A DNA stretch of 64,000 bases from Macrostomum hystrix (taxonomy: Eukaryota; Animalia; Platyhelminthes), in contig CATNEN010000029.1 in assembly GCA_950097015.1 (NCBI GenBank), forward strand, positions 4,216,001 to 4,280,000, given 5' to 3'. Position 1 is the stretch's first letter; each line of letters opens with the position of its first letter. A program made the translations under genes and the position numbers. This document shows, one piece after another, positions 45,524 through 64,000 of this stretch. Under the pieces are notes generated by a model, which searched no databases, was not told the DNA's origin, and was given only the letters and a program-made list of their open reading frames with translations.

Positions 45524-45591
45524 GCAACGGGCCGGATTTGGGAGATTCGAGGGCCGCATCTGGCCCGCGGGCCGGAGTTTGCCGATCCGTG
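45524..45591 (-). mobile_element. hAT (Charlie-like) terminal remnant
   Basis: Minus strand CACGGATCGGCAAACTCCGGCCCGCGGGCCAGATGCGGCCC resembles the common hAT-Charlie/MITE terminal motif; no partner end seen. Confidence 0.55.
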
Positions 45592-45654
45592 CGCTAACTG
45601 AATATACATCGCATTGCCATCCATTTAGCTAGTAAAGGCTCGAGTTAATTCCTG

Positions 45655-46270
45655 GGACCGATACTGGGATTTTACTGAGATTGATACATGGATTGATACT
45701 GGGATCGATACTGGGATTGATACATGGATTGATACTGGGATCGATACTGGGATTGATACATGGATTGATACTGGGATCGATACTGGGATTGATACTGGGA
45801 TTGATATTGGGATCGATACTGGGATTGATACTGGGATCGATACTGGGATTTTACTGAGATTGATACATGGATTGATACTGGGATCGATACTGGGATTGAT
45901 ACTGGGATTGATACTGGGATTGATACTTGGATCGATACTGGGATTGATACTGGGATTGATGCTTAGATTGATACTGGGATTGATACTAGGATTGATGCTT
46001 AGATTGATACTGGGATTGATGCTTAGATTGATACTGGGATTGATGCTTAGATTGATACTGGGATTGATACTGGGATTGATGCTTAGATTGATACTGGGAT
46101 TGATACTGGGATTGAAACTGGGATTGATACTGGGGTTGAAACTGGGATTGATACTGGGATTGATACTGGGATTGATGCTTAGATTGATACTGGGATTGAC
46201 ACTGGGATGCTAAGATCGATACTGGGATTTTACTGGGATTGATACTGAGTTAGATGCTAAGATTGATACT
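45655..46270. repeat. 12 bp repeat GATTGATACTGG
   Basis: Direct inspection. Confidence 0.93.
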
Positions 46271-46914
46271 GAGATCGATCTAATAGTCAGAACGGCACTA
46301 ATGGTTTTTTGTTTGAAATGAAACATCGGAGAGAAACATTCGACTTTAGAAACCGAATTTGTAAGAATGCTTGAAATTCATGGAAGCACGGAAGTTCCGA
46401 AAGAAAGCATGTCCTTAACGCACGTATTATCTGAAAAAAAATTTTATTCCCAAACCGGAAGAATATTTGCAGACTCGACGTTTGTAGACAAAAAAGTTTC
46501 AGCTTTACAATTTCGAAATTGTTTTCGGAATTTTATTCACTTCTGGCAGTGAAAAAAGCCAATAGTAGCGATCAATTGATCAATTTTCAGCTCGGCAAAA
46601 GCATTAGCACATGACATTCTCGGGTGGCAACGGCATAGTGACACAGTTGACAATTCCCAGCTAGCTGTCCAAGGACAAATTCTTCAAAATAACAAAGCGT
46701 CCCCTTTTGCTAAAATTGAAGGCTGACCAACAGTTGCTAAGGGGGTAACTGCCTGTTTGGACTTTTGCGTGTCGAAATCTTTCAAATCTAAAAACAAAGG
46801 TGCGAAAATGGTTCTGCGTCCATGAAGCTGATGGATGTAGCTTTTAGGTGGCCTAAATAGGTAGATGGATTGCTAATCTATTCGATACAGATGACGAGAT
46901 AGAACTGATTGCTA

Positions 46915-47670
46915 TCCCTCACCGAAATCTCAATTCCCTGAAAACCCAATTCACTGAAACCCCAATTTCCTGAAAACCCAATTCACCGAAATCCCAATTC
47001 CCTGAAAACCCAATTCACTGAAACCCCAATTTCCTGAAAACCTATTTCACTGAAATCCCAATTCACTGAAACCCCAATTCACTGAAATCCCAATTCACTG
47101 AAACCCCAAGTCACTGAAATCCCAATTCACTGAAACCCCAATTCACTGAAACCCCAATTCACTAAAATCTCAATTCACTGAAACCCCAATTCACTGAGAC
47201 CCCAATTCACTGAAATCCCAATTCACTGAAACCCCAAGTCACTGAAATCCCAATTCACTGAAATCCCAATTCCCTGAAAACCTATTTCACTGAAACCCCA
47301 ATTTCCTGAAAACCTAATCCAATGAAATCCCAATTCACTGAAACCCCAAGTCACTGAAATCCCAATTCACTGAAACCCCAATTCACTGAAATCCCAATTC
47401 ACTGAAATCCCAATTCACGGAAATCCCAATTCACTGAAACCCCAATTCACTGAAACCCCAATTCACTGAAACCCCAATTCACTGAAAGCCCAATTCACTG
47501 AAACCCCAATTCACTAAAATCTCAATTCACTGAAACCCCAATTCACTGAGACCCCAATTCACTGAAATCCCAATTCACTGAAAACCCAATTCACTGAAAC
47601 CCCAAGTCACTGAAATCCCAATTCCCTGAAAACCCAATCCACTGAAATCCCAATTCACTGAAATCCCAAT
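46915..47670. repeat. 16 bp minisatellite AATTCACTGAAATCCC
   Basis: About 46 copies. Confidence 0.94.
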
Positions 47671-48549
47671 CTCTTAAAATAAGTAAGTATTCGCGGCAAT
47701 ATTATGATATTGATATTGATCAAAAGTCTTACCAATAGACCCAAGTGGAACACGGCGATGGAAAAGTATGAAAGACAGAAACCTATTGTGTAGTAGGCCT
47801 GGTCTTTCCACAGTTAAAAGTTTCAGTGTAAGCATCAAAACACAATGACCCCATTTTAAGAGATTGAGCACAAGTCTCACATTCAATGTCAAGTTTTAGC
47901 TTTAGTTCAGCTAATTCTGAATTTGGGATTCAATGTTGGTGTGATGAAGCCAAATTCGGACAAAAGTCACGCTTAATAGTGATTGCGCAGATTTTTTTGC
48001 TCCGATGAAGATTAATATTTTTTTAATGACGGAACTTTCAGCTTGTCCATGTCAAACAGTCTTCATCTCCGGGTGGTTTTTGTCTAGCATTTTCGCATCC
48101 GCCCTGGTTGCTATGGGATACGAAATTTCCGCTTTTTTTCTTGTTTCCCAAAAAAATGTACAACCGACAGTGCGACCTGTCAAATTTTAGCCCACCACCA
48201 GACCTCAACACCTCGAACTAATTAATTGCATTGAATGCTCTCGCCTTTCGTAGTGTACTTTTTTCTGTGTGGTCGAGTTTCTGGGTCTAGTTTATCTCAA
48301 ATCCAGTCAAATACAATTGCGACCCACCTCTCGACTGCTTTACTGACTCAATTTGAGCTCCTCGCCAAATCATGGGAATGGGATAAGTAGCGAATAGAAA
48401 GTGCGAGTCAAACAACTTGAAGCTCGGCTAGACAGCTATCAGTCTTCTTCTGTTTCTCCAATTTGCCGCGGACCCAATTTCTCAGATCTTCTCCCCTTGT
48501 AAGAGGGGATACTAGAAAACTTTTCGAGCTCGCACTCCATTCGTGTATC

Positions 48550-49085
48550 CTTATCCCTCACCGAAATCCCAATTCCCTGAAATCCCAATTCACAAAAAAC
48601 CTAATTTTTTAATCCTAATTTGTTGAAATTACATTTCATAGAAATCCCAATTCACAGAAATCCCAATTCCCTGAAATCCCAATTCACTGAAATCCCAATT
48701 CCCTGAAATCCCAATTCACAAAAAACATAATTTTTTAATCCTAATTTGTTGAAATTACATTTCATAGAAATCCCAATTCATAGAAATCCCAATTCACAGA
48801 AATCCCAATTCACAGAAATCCCAATTCACAGAAATCCCAATTCACAGAAATCCCAATTCACTGAAATCCCAATTCCCTGAAATCCAATTCACAAAAGCCT
48901 AATTTTTTAATCCTAATTTGTTGAAATTACAATTCATAGAAATCCCAATTCACTGAAATCCCATTTCCCTAAAATCCCAATTCACTGAAATCCCAATTCA
49001 TTGAAATCCCAATTCATTGAAATCCCAATTCATTGAAATCCCAATTCACTGAAATCCCAATTCATTGAAATCCCAATTCACTGTA
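48550..49085. repeat. 16 bp minisatellite AATTCACTGAAATCCC (second array)
   Basis: Includes a longer block repeated three times (about 48590, 48720, 48890). Confidence 0.9.
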
Positions 49086-50019
49086 AGCTAGAAAAGTGTT
49101 AAATGAGCTTCTTCTGCTTGACAAAATATTTTTCTAAGAAATGTATCTCTTCGAAACGAGCACTCATAGCCAAGGCACTTTTCTCCACTCATCCCAGCAA
49201 AGCTATCCCCAAGCCAATAGAGAACTGACACCTGCCTATAGCTAAATGCAGCTCGGCTGCTGTCCCAGATCTAGTTGCCGGGTTGATTTTATTCTTAAAC
49301 TAGCAGAGATAAGCCCAGTGAAAATCTGGGTCATCGAGGTTATAAATTTCTTGATCTCTTAAAATAAGTAAGTATTCGCGGCAATATTATGATATTGATA
49401 TTGATCAAAAGTCATACCGATAGACCCAAGTGGAACACGGCGAGGGAAAATATGAAATATGTTTTCTTTATCAGAACTTGAAGCGGCCTTCTTTGGGTCT
49501 ACTGAGGGGGATAATTAATGACGAACAGCCCGCACAGATCCCCATTCAACTCGTGTAGGTTCAAAAAGAAAGATTTATTTATTATAAGTACAGGCAGTGA
49601 GAGGACTATAATAATACGTTGTTTGTTCCTAACTTGAACTGCTCTTTCATGCAGACCCATAAAGCATTGAAAAAGTTTGAAGTATACAACTGTCCCCAAC
49701 CCAGGTGCGGTGGGATAATAGCGGGCTTTGCCGCTTAGATCGCTGAGAAGTGGCTGCACATTGAAACTTGGCTGGGCAAGGCATTCTTCGATGATTGATG
49801 AAAGGTGGGCGACCTTTTCTTGCTTCAGGTCCGCCATTGAGTTTCTGCTGCTCAATTTCACCCGCATTTCTGCCCCACTTTCCTCACTTCTTTGTCCAGC
49901 TCTGATTGAGTCCTGCTCTCAGCTCTCCGCTGAGTGCATCGCCTCTTCTTCACTACTTCACTCTCTGGCTTTCCCCTGTCCCCTGTGACTGACTCTGACT
50001 CTCCTCATCACTCTTGGAC

Positions 50020-50185
50020 TCACCTTATCACTCTCTGGCTCACCTTATCACTCTCTGGCTCACCTTATCACTCTCTGGCTCACCTTATCACTCTCTGGCT
50101 CACCTTATCACTCTCTGGCTCACCTTATCACTCTCTGACTCTCCTCATCACTCTCTGACTCTCCTCATCACTCTCTGGCTCACAT
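50020..50185. repeat. 20 bp repeat CTCACCTTATCACTCTCTGG
   Basis: Direct inspection. Confidence 0.88.
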
Positions 50186-50496
50186 TTTCACTCCTTAACT
50201 CATCAGATCACTCTTAGATTCTCATTGTCACTGAGATGACCTTGTCCTCTAACTAATCAGAAAAGAAATATTCTATTAAAACACATTCATTTTTTTTATA
50301 TTTCTTGATGCCGTCTAGAATTCTAAATATCACAGTCCAACATATCTGATTTGATTCATTAAATTAGAATAGATGTCATCATTTTTACCTGTCAGACATT
50401 GGGCTTCGATCAATCATTTAATTAAAGGGATCTCGCAAAGGCTTCCCATCTCAGAAGCAAGAAAAATGATATCCTTTCTCGCAGAAGATCAAAGCA

Positions 50497-56075
<5,579 letters not shown>

Positions 56076-56274
56076 AGAAGATCGAGCGGATGCGCATTGC
56101 AAACATCGGTTGATTTGTCTATAATTTGCCTCTGAAAGTACTTTTGCTTGTCAGTCTAGAATTTATATGGACGCCCTTTTTTCCACAGAACCGAACTTGG
56201 TTGCCCCCAGGTTGCCAGATTGCTGCAGCAGAGAGAAGGCTTGGGGTTTGGCTTGCAATATGCGCCCTTGAGGG

Positions 56275-56498
56275 CCAACCTCCAAGGCACAGTGAGAGTG
56301 TACACTGCCTGACGATGAGAAAGTCAGGGCAGTTGTACACACCTGTGTGAGCGTATGCCTGCGTACGGTATCTGTGTGCGTGTGTGCTCAGGAGTCAGCG
56401 AACTGGGCAGAATTGCCTCCTCACTGGCTGCGGGCTAGTGTCAGCAAATATGATGTGCCATTGCTTACCGCCCACCTGCAATTATTATTATTATTATC
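56275..56498 (+). mobile_element. Dispersed repeat family 2 (retroposon-like, (ATT)n tail), copy 1
   Basis: CCAACCTCCAAGGCACAGTGA...GCTCAGGAGTCAGCG..GGGCAGAATTGCCTCCTC.CTGGCTGCGGG is shared with 36912-37096 and 34047-34156; ends in (ATT)5. Confidence 0.75.
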
Positions 56499-56844
56499 AC
56501 TGCATGGACGCCTGAGATACGAACTCGCGACCTGTCAGTCAGCAATCATTTAACCAGAGCTGTATACTAGTATGATTAGTTATTCACGTGCCGCACCTAC
56601 GTATTAAATTACAATAAGCCACCATGGCCCTGATTTGCATACTCATATTAATATTACGGCTTCACTTTTTCAACGCATTCAATGTTTCCACGTTCCATTC
56701 ATGTGTGCCGATGTCACACCCACTTGCCCATTTTAGCGTTACAAAAAGCATGTTGACTATAGTCTGATTCTATTCAAGAAGGCGTGCGCAGAACTGTGTG
56801 AGTTTTAGACCAACTCTAATTTGTATCGATAGAATCTTGCTAAT

Positions 56845-58260
56845 TGCTAACAGGAACTTTCTAAAGTACTGGAGGGATAACGGAGACTTCCTGAAGTACC
56901 GGAGGGATAACTGATACTTCCTGAAGTGCTGGAGGGATAACGGAGACTTCCTGAAGTACCGGAGGGATAACTGATACTTCCTGAAGTGCTGGAGGGATAA
57001 CGGAGACTTCCTGAAGTGCTGGAGGGATAACGGAGACTTCCTGAAGTACTGGAGGGATAACGGAGATTTCCTGAAGTACTGGAGGGATAACGGAGACTTC
57101 CTGAAGTACTGGAGGGATAACTGATACTTCCTGAAGTGCTGGAGGGATAACGGAGACTTCCTGAAGTATTGGAGGGATGACGGAGACTTCCTGAAGTACT
57201 GGAGGGATAACTGATACTTCCTGAAGTGCTGGAGGGTTAACGGAGATTTCCTGAAGTATTGGAGGGATGACGGAGACTTCCTGAAGTACTGGAGGGATAA
57301 CGGAGATTTCCTGAAGTATTGGAGGGATGACGGAGATTTCCTGAAGTGCTGGAGGGATAACCGAGATTTCCTGAAGTACTGGAGGGATAACTGATACTTC
57401 CTGAAGTGCTGGAGGGTTAACGGAGATTTCCTGAAGTATTGGAGGGATGACGGAGACTTCCTGAAGTACTGGAGGGATAACGGAGATTTCCTGAAGTATT
57501 GGAGGGATGACGGAGATTTCCTGAAGTATTGGAGGGATGACGGAGACTTCCTGAAGTATTGGAGGGATGACGGAGACTTCCTGAAGTACTGGAGGGTTAA
57601 CGGAGATTTCCTGAAGTATTGGAGGGATGACGGAGACTTCCTGAAGTATTGGAGGGATGACGGAGATTTCCTGAAGTACCGGAGGGATAACTGATACTTC
57701 CTGAAGTGCTGGAGGGATAACGGAGACTTCCTGAAGTGCTGGAAGGATAACGGAGACTTCCTGAAGTGCTGGAGGGATAACTGATACTTCCTGAAGTGCT
57801 GGAGGGATAACGGAGACTTCCTGAAGTACTGGAGGGATAACGGAGATTTCCTGAAGTGCTGGAGGGATAACCGAGATTTCCTGAAGTACTGGAGGGATAA
57901 CTGATACTTCAGTAGTGCTGGAGGGATAACCGAGACTTCCTGAAGTACTGGAGGGTTAACGGAGATTTCCTGAAGTATTGGAGGGATGACGGAGACTTCC
58001 TGAAGTATTGGAGGGATGACGGAGATTTCCTGAAGTACCGGAGGGATAACTGATACTTCCTGAAGTGCTGGAGGGATAACGGAGACTTCCTGAAGTGCTG
58101 GAGGGATAACTGATACTTCCTGAAGTGCTGGAGGGTTAACGGAGATTTCCTGAAGTATTGGAGGGATAACCGAGATTTCCTGAAGTACTGGAGGGATAAC
58201 CGAGATTTCCTGAAGTACTGGAGGGATAACCGAGATTTCCTGAAGTACTGGAGGGAAAAC
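56845..58260. repeat. 30 bp minisatellite CTGGAGGGATAACGGAGACTTCCTGAAGTA
   Basis: About 47 copies with a few variable positions. Confidence 0.96.
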
Positions 58261-60269
58261 GGAGGCTCCCGAAAGGACTAGGGTATAAAGGAGGCCTCCT
58301 GGAGAAGTTGTTGTACTCGAGCAGCGCGCACAAAAGCAATATAAACACTGCTATAACTAGAAGTATCTGAAGAAATGAGACTGGCAATTTGTCATAATTC
58401 ACTGAAGCTTGTTTCGTAGAAAAAAACACTATAAACAGTTTGTGCATTGTAACAAAATGCTTATTTTTAGATCTTGCTTGAAAAAACTGATTTCTGTATC
58501 GTATTATTTCTTAGAAATTTGCTTGGTGACCATGTCATAGATAGATTTTTTATGACGCACTGTGTACAAGCAGTAAATTTAGTCTCTCTTTCAATGTTGT
58601 AAGTTGTGACATTCAACCCGTGTTAATTAAGAATATTTTTGAAGTGAAAGACTAACCTATAAGCCCCTTAACGTACGCACGCGTGAAATAAATGTTTTTA
58701 TTAATAAATAAAATTAATTAATTGAATAAGCTAAACAAATAAATAGCATTTCCTGAGGGGAGCAATGGTATATTAACTGATAGCTTGTCAATCGAGATAA
58801 TGGAGATACAGGATGTGAGTCGCTATAAATCATGTTTAGCTGCTCCAATTACATGTTATTGATCGATGAGGGGTTAAATTATCCGCGGCCATAACCAATC
58901 ATCGCTATATATTGTTCTCCCAAGCCGAGAAATCTCTGAAACAATTATCCCGGTAAACTAAACAATCGTCAAGCTAAAAGTGCACCAGTAATGGCTTTGT
59001 AGTCTTTCTATACAACACGACTGACTAGTCGAACAACGAATCAATAGTCTTGTTTTAAACGACAGAAAAACTAACAGTTTGGCCGTATGAGCATGAGATA
59101 AGGTCAAGCGTGCCATTTTCTAGTTAAAAGGTCTCGTTCAAATGAGAAAATACTGGTGATGAATGGCTGTGAATGGACTGGCGTTTCGGCACGGGTTATT
59201 TCTACAATGCGAACTAAAAATTTGCTTTATCTAGAACTCATTTAGAGTGCAAGCAAGCCTAGCTGATCCTTTTATTAAAGAGAATATTAAAAACCATCTA
59301 CCTTAGGTACAACGAAGCCTCGTCAAAAACATGATGACTACCGGGCAGTCGAAACTTGTGTGTTCCGCTAATGTACACACAATTCCTAATATATCACCCG
59401 CTGGTGTAAGCATCCCTCTGACTTCTTACTCCCAGTGAACGCACACCCTTCTACTCTCTTCCTCCCATGTACACTTACCCCTCTGAACTTCTCTCCCCAA
59501 ATGTACATTCACCACTTAGACTTCTTACCGCGATGTACACAAACTTCTTCTGCCTCCTATGCACACACCACTTCTGCCCCCATTCTCGAATGTACATACC
59601 ACCTGATTTTATCTTTCAACGCTACACATGTCTCAATGAATAGAGCTCTCGCACTATAGTCCTTACAATACTACGAAGATAAACGCATTGCGGCTATATG
59701 AGTCACTGACGCTATAGGCTATTTGGCTGAATGCTGTAATCATAATCGAGTTTTAATAATCCGATACTTGAAATACATTTGCCAATTGACTCTCGTTGCT
59801 TCATGTTTAGCGGATTAATAAATTCGATACTGAACTAGTCGCTTGTAAATATGTAGGCATGCTATGACATCTTGCTTGCTCAATGGCTGGTTACATCTAA
59901 TTGCTCTGTGCTGCATGATTGCCACATTTCACCATGGTAAAGAGCTTTCGATTGCCGTCACAGCTATTATTGGGGAATTATTTTGAGCTGAGCAATACAA
60001 TTTTCCGCAAATCAGTCCATTTCACTGCAGCTTAATTCGGTCTGGATGAAATGGGTGGGGTGGGCAATAAGCCAACTGAATTCCGCGCATTCTGGAACAT
60101 GGCTAGCTAGTTTCTGAAGGTTCATAAGGCTTAATTAACTGAGCTGACTACTCGATTAGCGGAATGACTGAAGAATGCATATTGCACTCAAAAGCGGCAT
60201 GAAATAAGTATAATAAATCTGAGAAATCTGAGTTATGCCTATCAGATCGACAGCGTTTAGAACAGGTTT

Positions 60270-60712
60270 ACATAATGCCTAACATGATCTAACATATTGG
60301 GAGCCTGTCTAACAGGTTTACATCGTGTCTGATATTATCTAACATATTGGGAGCCTGTCTAACAGGTTTACATCGTGTCTGATATTATCTAACATATTGG
60401 GAGCCTGTCTAACAGGCTTACATCGTGTCTAACATGATCTAACATATTGGGAGCCTGTCTAACAGGCTTAGATCGTGTCTAATATTATCTAACATATTGG
60501 GAGCCTGTCTAACAGGCTTACATCGTGTCTGATATTATCTAACATATTGGGAGCCTGTCTAACAGGTTTACATCGTGTCTGATATTATCTAACATATTGG
60601 GAGCCTGTCTAACAGGTTTACATCGTGTCTGATATTATCTAACATATTTGGAGCCTGTCTAACAGGCTTACATCGTTTCTGATATTATCTAACATATTGG
60701 GAGCCTGTCTAG
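60270..60712. repeat. 50 bp minisatellite
   Basis: GAGCCTGTCT at 60301 and 60351. Confidence 0.95.
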
Positions 60713-60854
60713 AGAGGGATTTCCGGATTAAGGAAAACAAGCCGCTAAAGTGGAAAAACGCATAAAATGATACATTCAGCTGAACAATTTTTCTGTGTAT
60801 TTTCGCTGCTTACTACTTAGTAAGAAAAAGCGCTCAGTGGATGCATGGGATGGA

Positions 60855-61140
60855 ATGAGGCCTGAAGGAGAGGCTGAATCAGGCCTGAAGGAGGCCTGAA
60901 GGAGGGGCTGAGTGAGGCCTGAAGGAAGGGCTGAATGAGGCCCGAAGGAGGGGCTGAATGAGGCCTGAAGGAGGGGCTGAATGAGGCCCGAAGGAGGGGC
61001 AGAATGAGGCCCGAAGGAGGGGCTGAGTGAGGCCTCAAGGAAGGGCAGAATGAGGCCTGAAGGAGGGGCAGAATGAGGCCTGAAGGAGGGGCAGAATGAG
61101 GCCTGAAGGAGGGGCTGAATGAGGCCTGAAGGAGAGGCTG
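60855..61140. repeat. 23 bp repeat AATGAGGCCTGAAGGAGGGGCTG
   Basis: Direct inspection. Confidence 0.92.
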
Positions 61141-61869
61141 GAGGCAGTCCGTATTGTATTGAAGACGGTAATAAAATGCAAAGTTTTCGACCTAAAGGAG
61201 GCCAGAGCAACTAATAGGAAAATTAGGTGGATTGAAAGGCAAACAGGTGATTTATTGTTACCGCAAGCCTGATGTCATGGCTAGCTGAGAATTGAATAAT
61301 TTAAAAGCAAGTTTTGATTCGTATATTTACGAGTATGCCGAGAAATTCATAACTAATGCACATGAGATAAGAATCTAACAATCCATTTCATAATCATATA
61401 TCAAATAGACCAGTACACAATGCATAAATAACTTCGATTTTGTCTTACGAGCTATATAACTTTATTTGCAATTCTATATACACTAAGAGGAAACTATGCA
61501 TATATTTATTTGTAAGTGTAACAATTCGTTATTATTATCGTCATAAAATAACTACGAGTTTTACGTTTTTAATTTACGAGACGGACAGCAAAAAGAGAAA
61601 AATATTTTAGATGGATTATAATCATAATAATAGTTGCTTCATTGCTTTTATTACAAGACAATGGAAGACTAGTTGAGAAGTTTATAGGTCACTACTTTTC
61701 TCAATCAAAAAATTTTCTTTCTGGTAAAAACACTTCAATAATTCAACAGCTCAGATTTCATTTGGGTCTCAGATACAGTGCACGATAATTTAGACACGAC
61801 AAATCATTAAATAAGCTGATATTCAGTTATCAACTCCGGTTTACAAAGAAAACCAAGTAATAATAGTAA

Positions 61870-63135
61870 GTACACCTAACAATTAGTAGTACACACAAGA
61901 ATCACTAGTAGTACACCTAAGAATCACTAGTAGTACACACAAGAATCACTAGTAGTACACACAAGAATCACTAGTAGTACACACAAGAATCACTAGTAGT
62001 ACACACAAGAATCACTAGTAGTACACACAAGAATCACTAGTAGTACACACAAGAATCACTAGTAGTACACCCAAGAATAACTAGTAGTACACCCAAGAAT
62101 CACTAGTACACCCAAGAATAACTAGTAGTACACACAAGAATCACTAGTACACCCAAGAATCACTAGTACACCCAAGAATAACTAGTACACTCAAGAATCA
62201 CTAGTACACCCAAGAATAACTAGTACACACAAGAATCACTAGTAGTACACACAAGAATCACTAGTAGTACACACAAGAATCACTAGTAGTACACCCAAGA
62301 ATAACTAGTACACCCAAGAATCACTAGTAGTACACCCAAGAATCACTAGTAGTACACCCAAGAATCACTAGTAGTACACCCAAGAATCACTAGTAGTACA
62401 CCCAAGAATCACTAGTAGTACACCCAAGAATCACTAGTAGTACACCCAAGAATCACTAGTAGTACACACAAGAATCACTAGTAGTACACACAAGAATCAC
62501 TAGTACACCCAAGAATAACTAGTACACTCAAGAATCACTAGTAGTACACACAAGAATCACTAGTAGTACACACAAGAATCACTAGTAGTACACCCAAGAA
62601 TCACTAGTAGTACACCCAAGAATCACTAGTAGTACACCCAAGAATCACTAGTAGTACACCCAAGAATCACTAGTAGTACACACAAGAATCACTAGTAGTA
62701 CACACAAGAATCACTAGTAGTACACCCAAGAATCACTAGTACACCCAAGAATAACTAGTACACTCAAGAATCACTAGTAGTACACACAAGAATCACTAGT
62801 AGTACACACAAGAATCACTAGTAGTACACACAAGAATCACTAGTACACCCAAGAATAACTAGTACACTCAAGAATCACTAGTAGTACACACAAGAATCAC
62901 TAGTAGTACACCCAAGAATAACTAGTACACCCAAGAATCACTAGTAGTACACACAAGAATCACTAGTAGTACACACAAGAATCACTAGTAGTACACACAA
63001 GAATCACTAGTAGTACACACAAGAATCACTAGTAGTACACCCAAGAATAACTAGTACACCCAAGAATCACTAGTAGTACACACAAGAATCACTAGTAGTA
63101 CACACAAGAATCACTAGTAGTACACCCAAGAATCA
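61870..63135. repeat. 19/22 bp minisatellite TAGTAGTACACACAAGAATCAC
   Basis: About 58 copies; long and short variants. Confidence 0.96.
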
Positions 63136-63894
63136 TACTACAGGTCCTTGATTTTTAAATCTCAGGTTGAAGAAAAATTATAATTCGAACAAATACAACA
63201 ATGCTACTACCATAGTAGCATTGATAGTAAGTTTGCTAATGATTAGCTTAAAGTAACTGAAAATGAGCTGAAAAAAACAAAGCACGCATTAACATACGCA
63301 AAAACTCAGCTTGTTACACTTACTACTGACAGTCAGTCGATTGCAAGAACTAAAAAAGTAATTAGTTTACTAGACAGGCTAAAAAGGAGCCAACGTGTAA
63401 CAAAACAGATTCAGTAAAGCTTGACTAGAGAACACAAAAATGTCGTTAAAGTCTTAAAGTGGAGCTTAAAAAAAACAAAAAATAAAAGGCAGTAAGAAAA
63501 TAAAAGAATTTCATTTTTCTCCAGAATTCGATACAAATTGAAAAGCCGCACACAAAAACAACAAATATACAAGCTTAATCTAGTGTTCAAGTGATTTAAA
63601 AAATCTAGCAAAATTGTTACAGAAAATAAAAATAGCGAAGAAAAGACAAAACATGTGCAATTTCTCAGCGAATCAAGGATTATGAAATAACTCCTGTTTA
63701 GAACAAGAAAACTGTCTATGGACTGGAAACCAGCTATCGCAGAGATCTATTTTATAGCTTGACGAACTTAAACGATCGGTACGGAAGTGTATTGTTTAAG
63801 GGCACTATTACCCTCGTAAGGATGAGGCTCGAACTCGAGACCTCTTGGTCAGAAATCCGAATCTAACTGTGCAACAAGCTTCCGTGTTGGTATA

Positions 63895-64000
63895 ACCAAG
63901 GATCACAAGTAGTATACCAAGAATCACAAGTAGTATACCAAGGATCACAAGTAGTATACCAAGAATCACAAGTAGTATACCAAGAATCACAAGTAGTATA
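63895..64000. repeat. 21 bp repeat CAAGTAGTATACCAAGAATCA (related to 61870-63135; runs off window)
   Basis: Shares AGTAGTA..CCAAGAATCAC. Confidence 0.88.

Noticed and set aside
40364-45624. Long ORFs such as (LETVR)n, (SLTV)n and (PCLISPVSHLSRVSSL)n
   Set aside because: These are stop-free translations of tandem repeats open in several frames; no coding evidence.
49499-49867. 122-aa minus-strand ORF (MRVKLSSRNSMADLKQEK...)
   Set aside because: No recognisable domain or splice partner; could be a decayed element fragment but is unsupported.
56305-56335. CTGACGA-TGA-GAAA resembling a hammerhead ribozyme core
   Set aside because: No helix II or helix III/NUH partner could be formed by eye, and the sister copy at about 37050 has GGAAG instead of GAAA. 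An Infernal search with hammerhead models would settle it.

Overview
Eukaryotic (animal) genomic DNA, not prokaryotic. It has spliced genes with GC-rich exons and GT-AG introns, and most long introns and intergenic gaps are filled with minisatellites. This style suggests a free-living flatworm such as Macrostomum lignano; that is inference and was not verified. Main contents: (1) a complete 32-exon polycystin-1-like gene on the minus strand (38932->9874, about 4,155 aa; signal peptide, WSC, unclassified modules, PKD repeats, REJ, GAIN/GPS, PLAT, 11-TM/TOP channel-like region), reconstructed by hand from splice sites and intron phases; (2) a divergently oriented two-coding-exon sex-peptide/MIP-receptor-like GPCR on the plus strand (50497->56075, 458 aa); (3) a dead Tc1/mariner element with 30-bp TIRs and TA flanks (6645-7974); (4) a tRNA-derived SINE family with a V-domain-like motif, a second dispersed repeat family and a hAT terminus; (5) about 30 tandem arrays, several shared between the two gene regions or mimicking splice signals; (6) an orphan ORF at 3049-3408. 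There is no CRISPR array, rRNA or bona fide tRNA. The best novelty candidates are the unclassified extracellular modules of the polycystin and the organisation of the intronic minisatellites. I see no clear evidence of a wholly new biological system.
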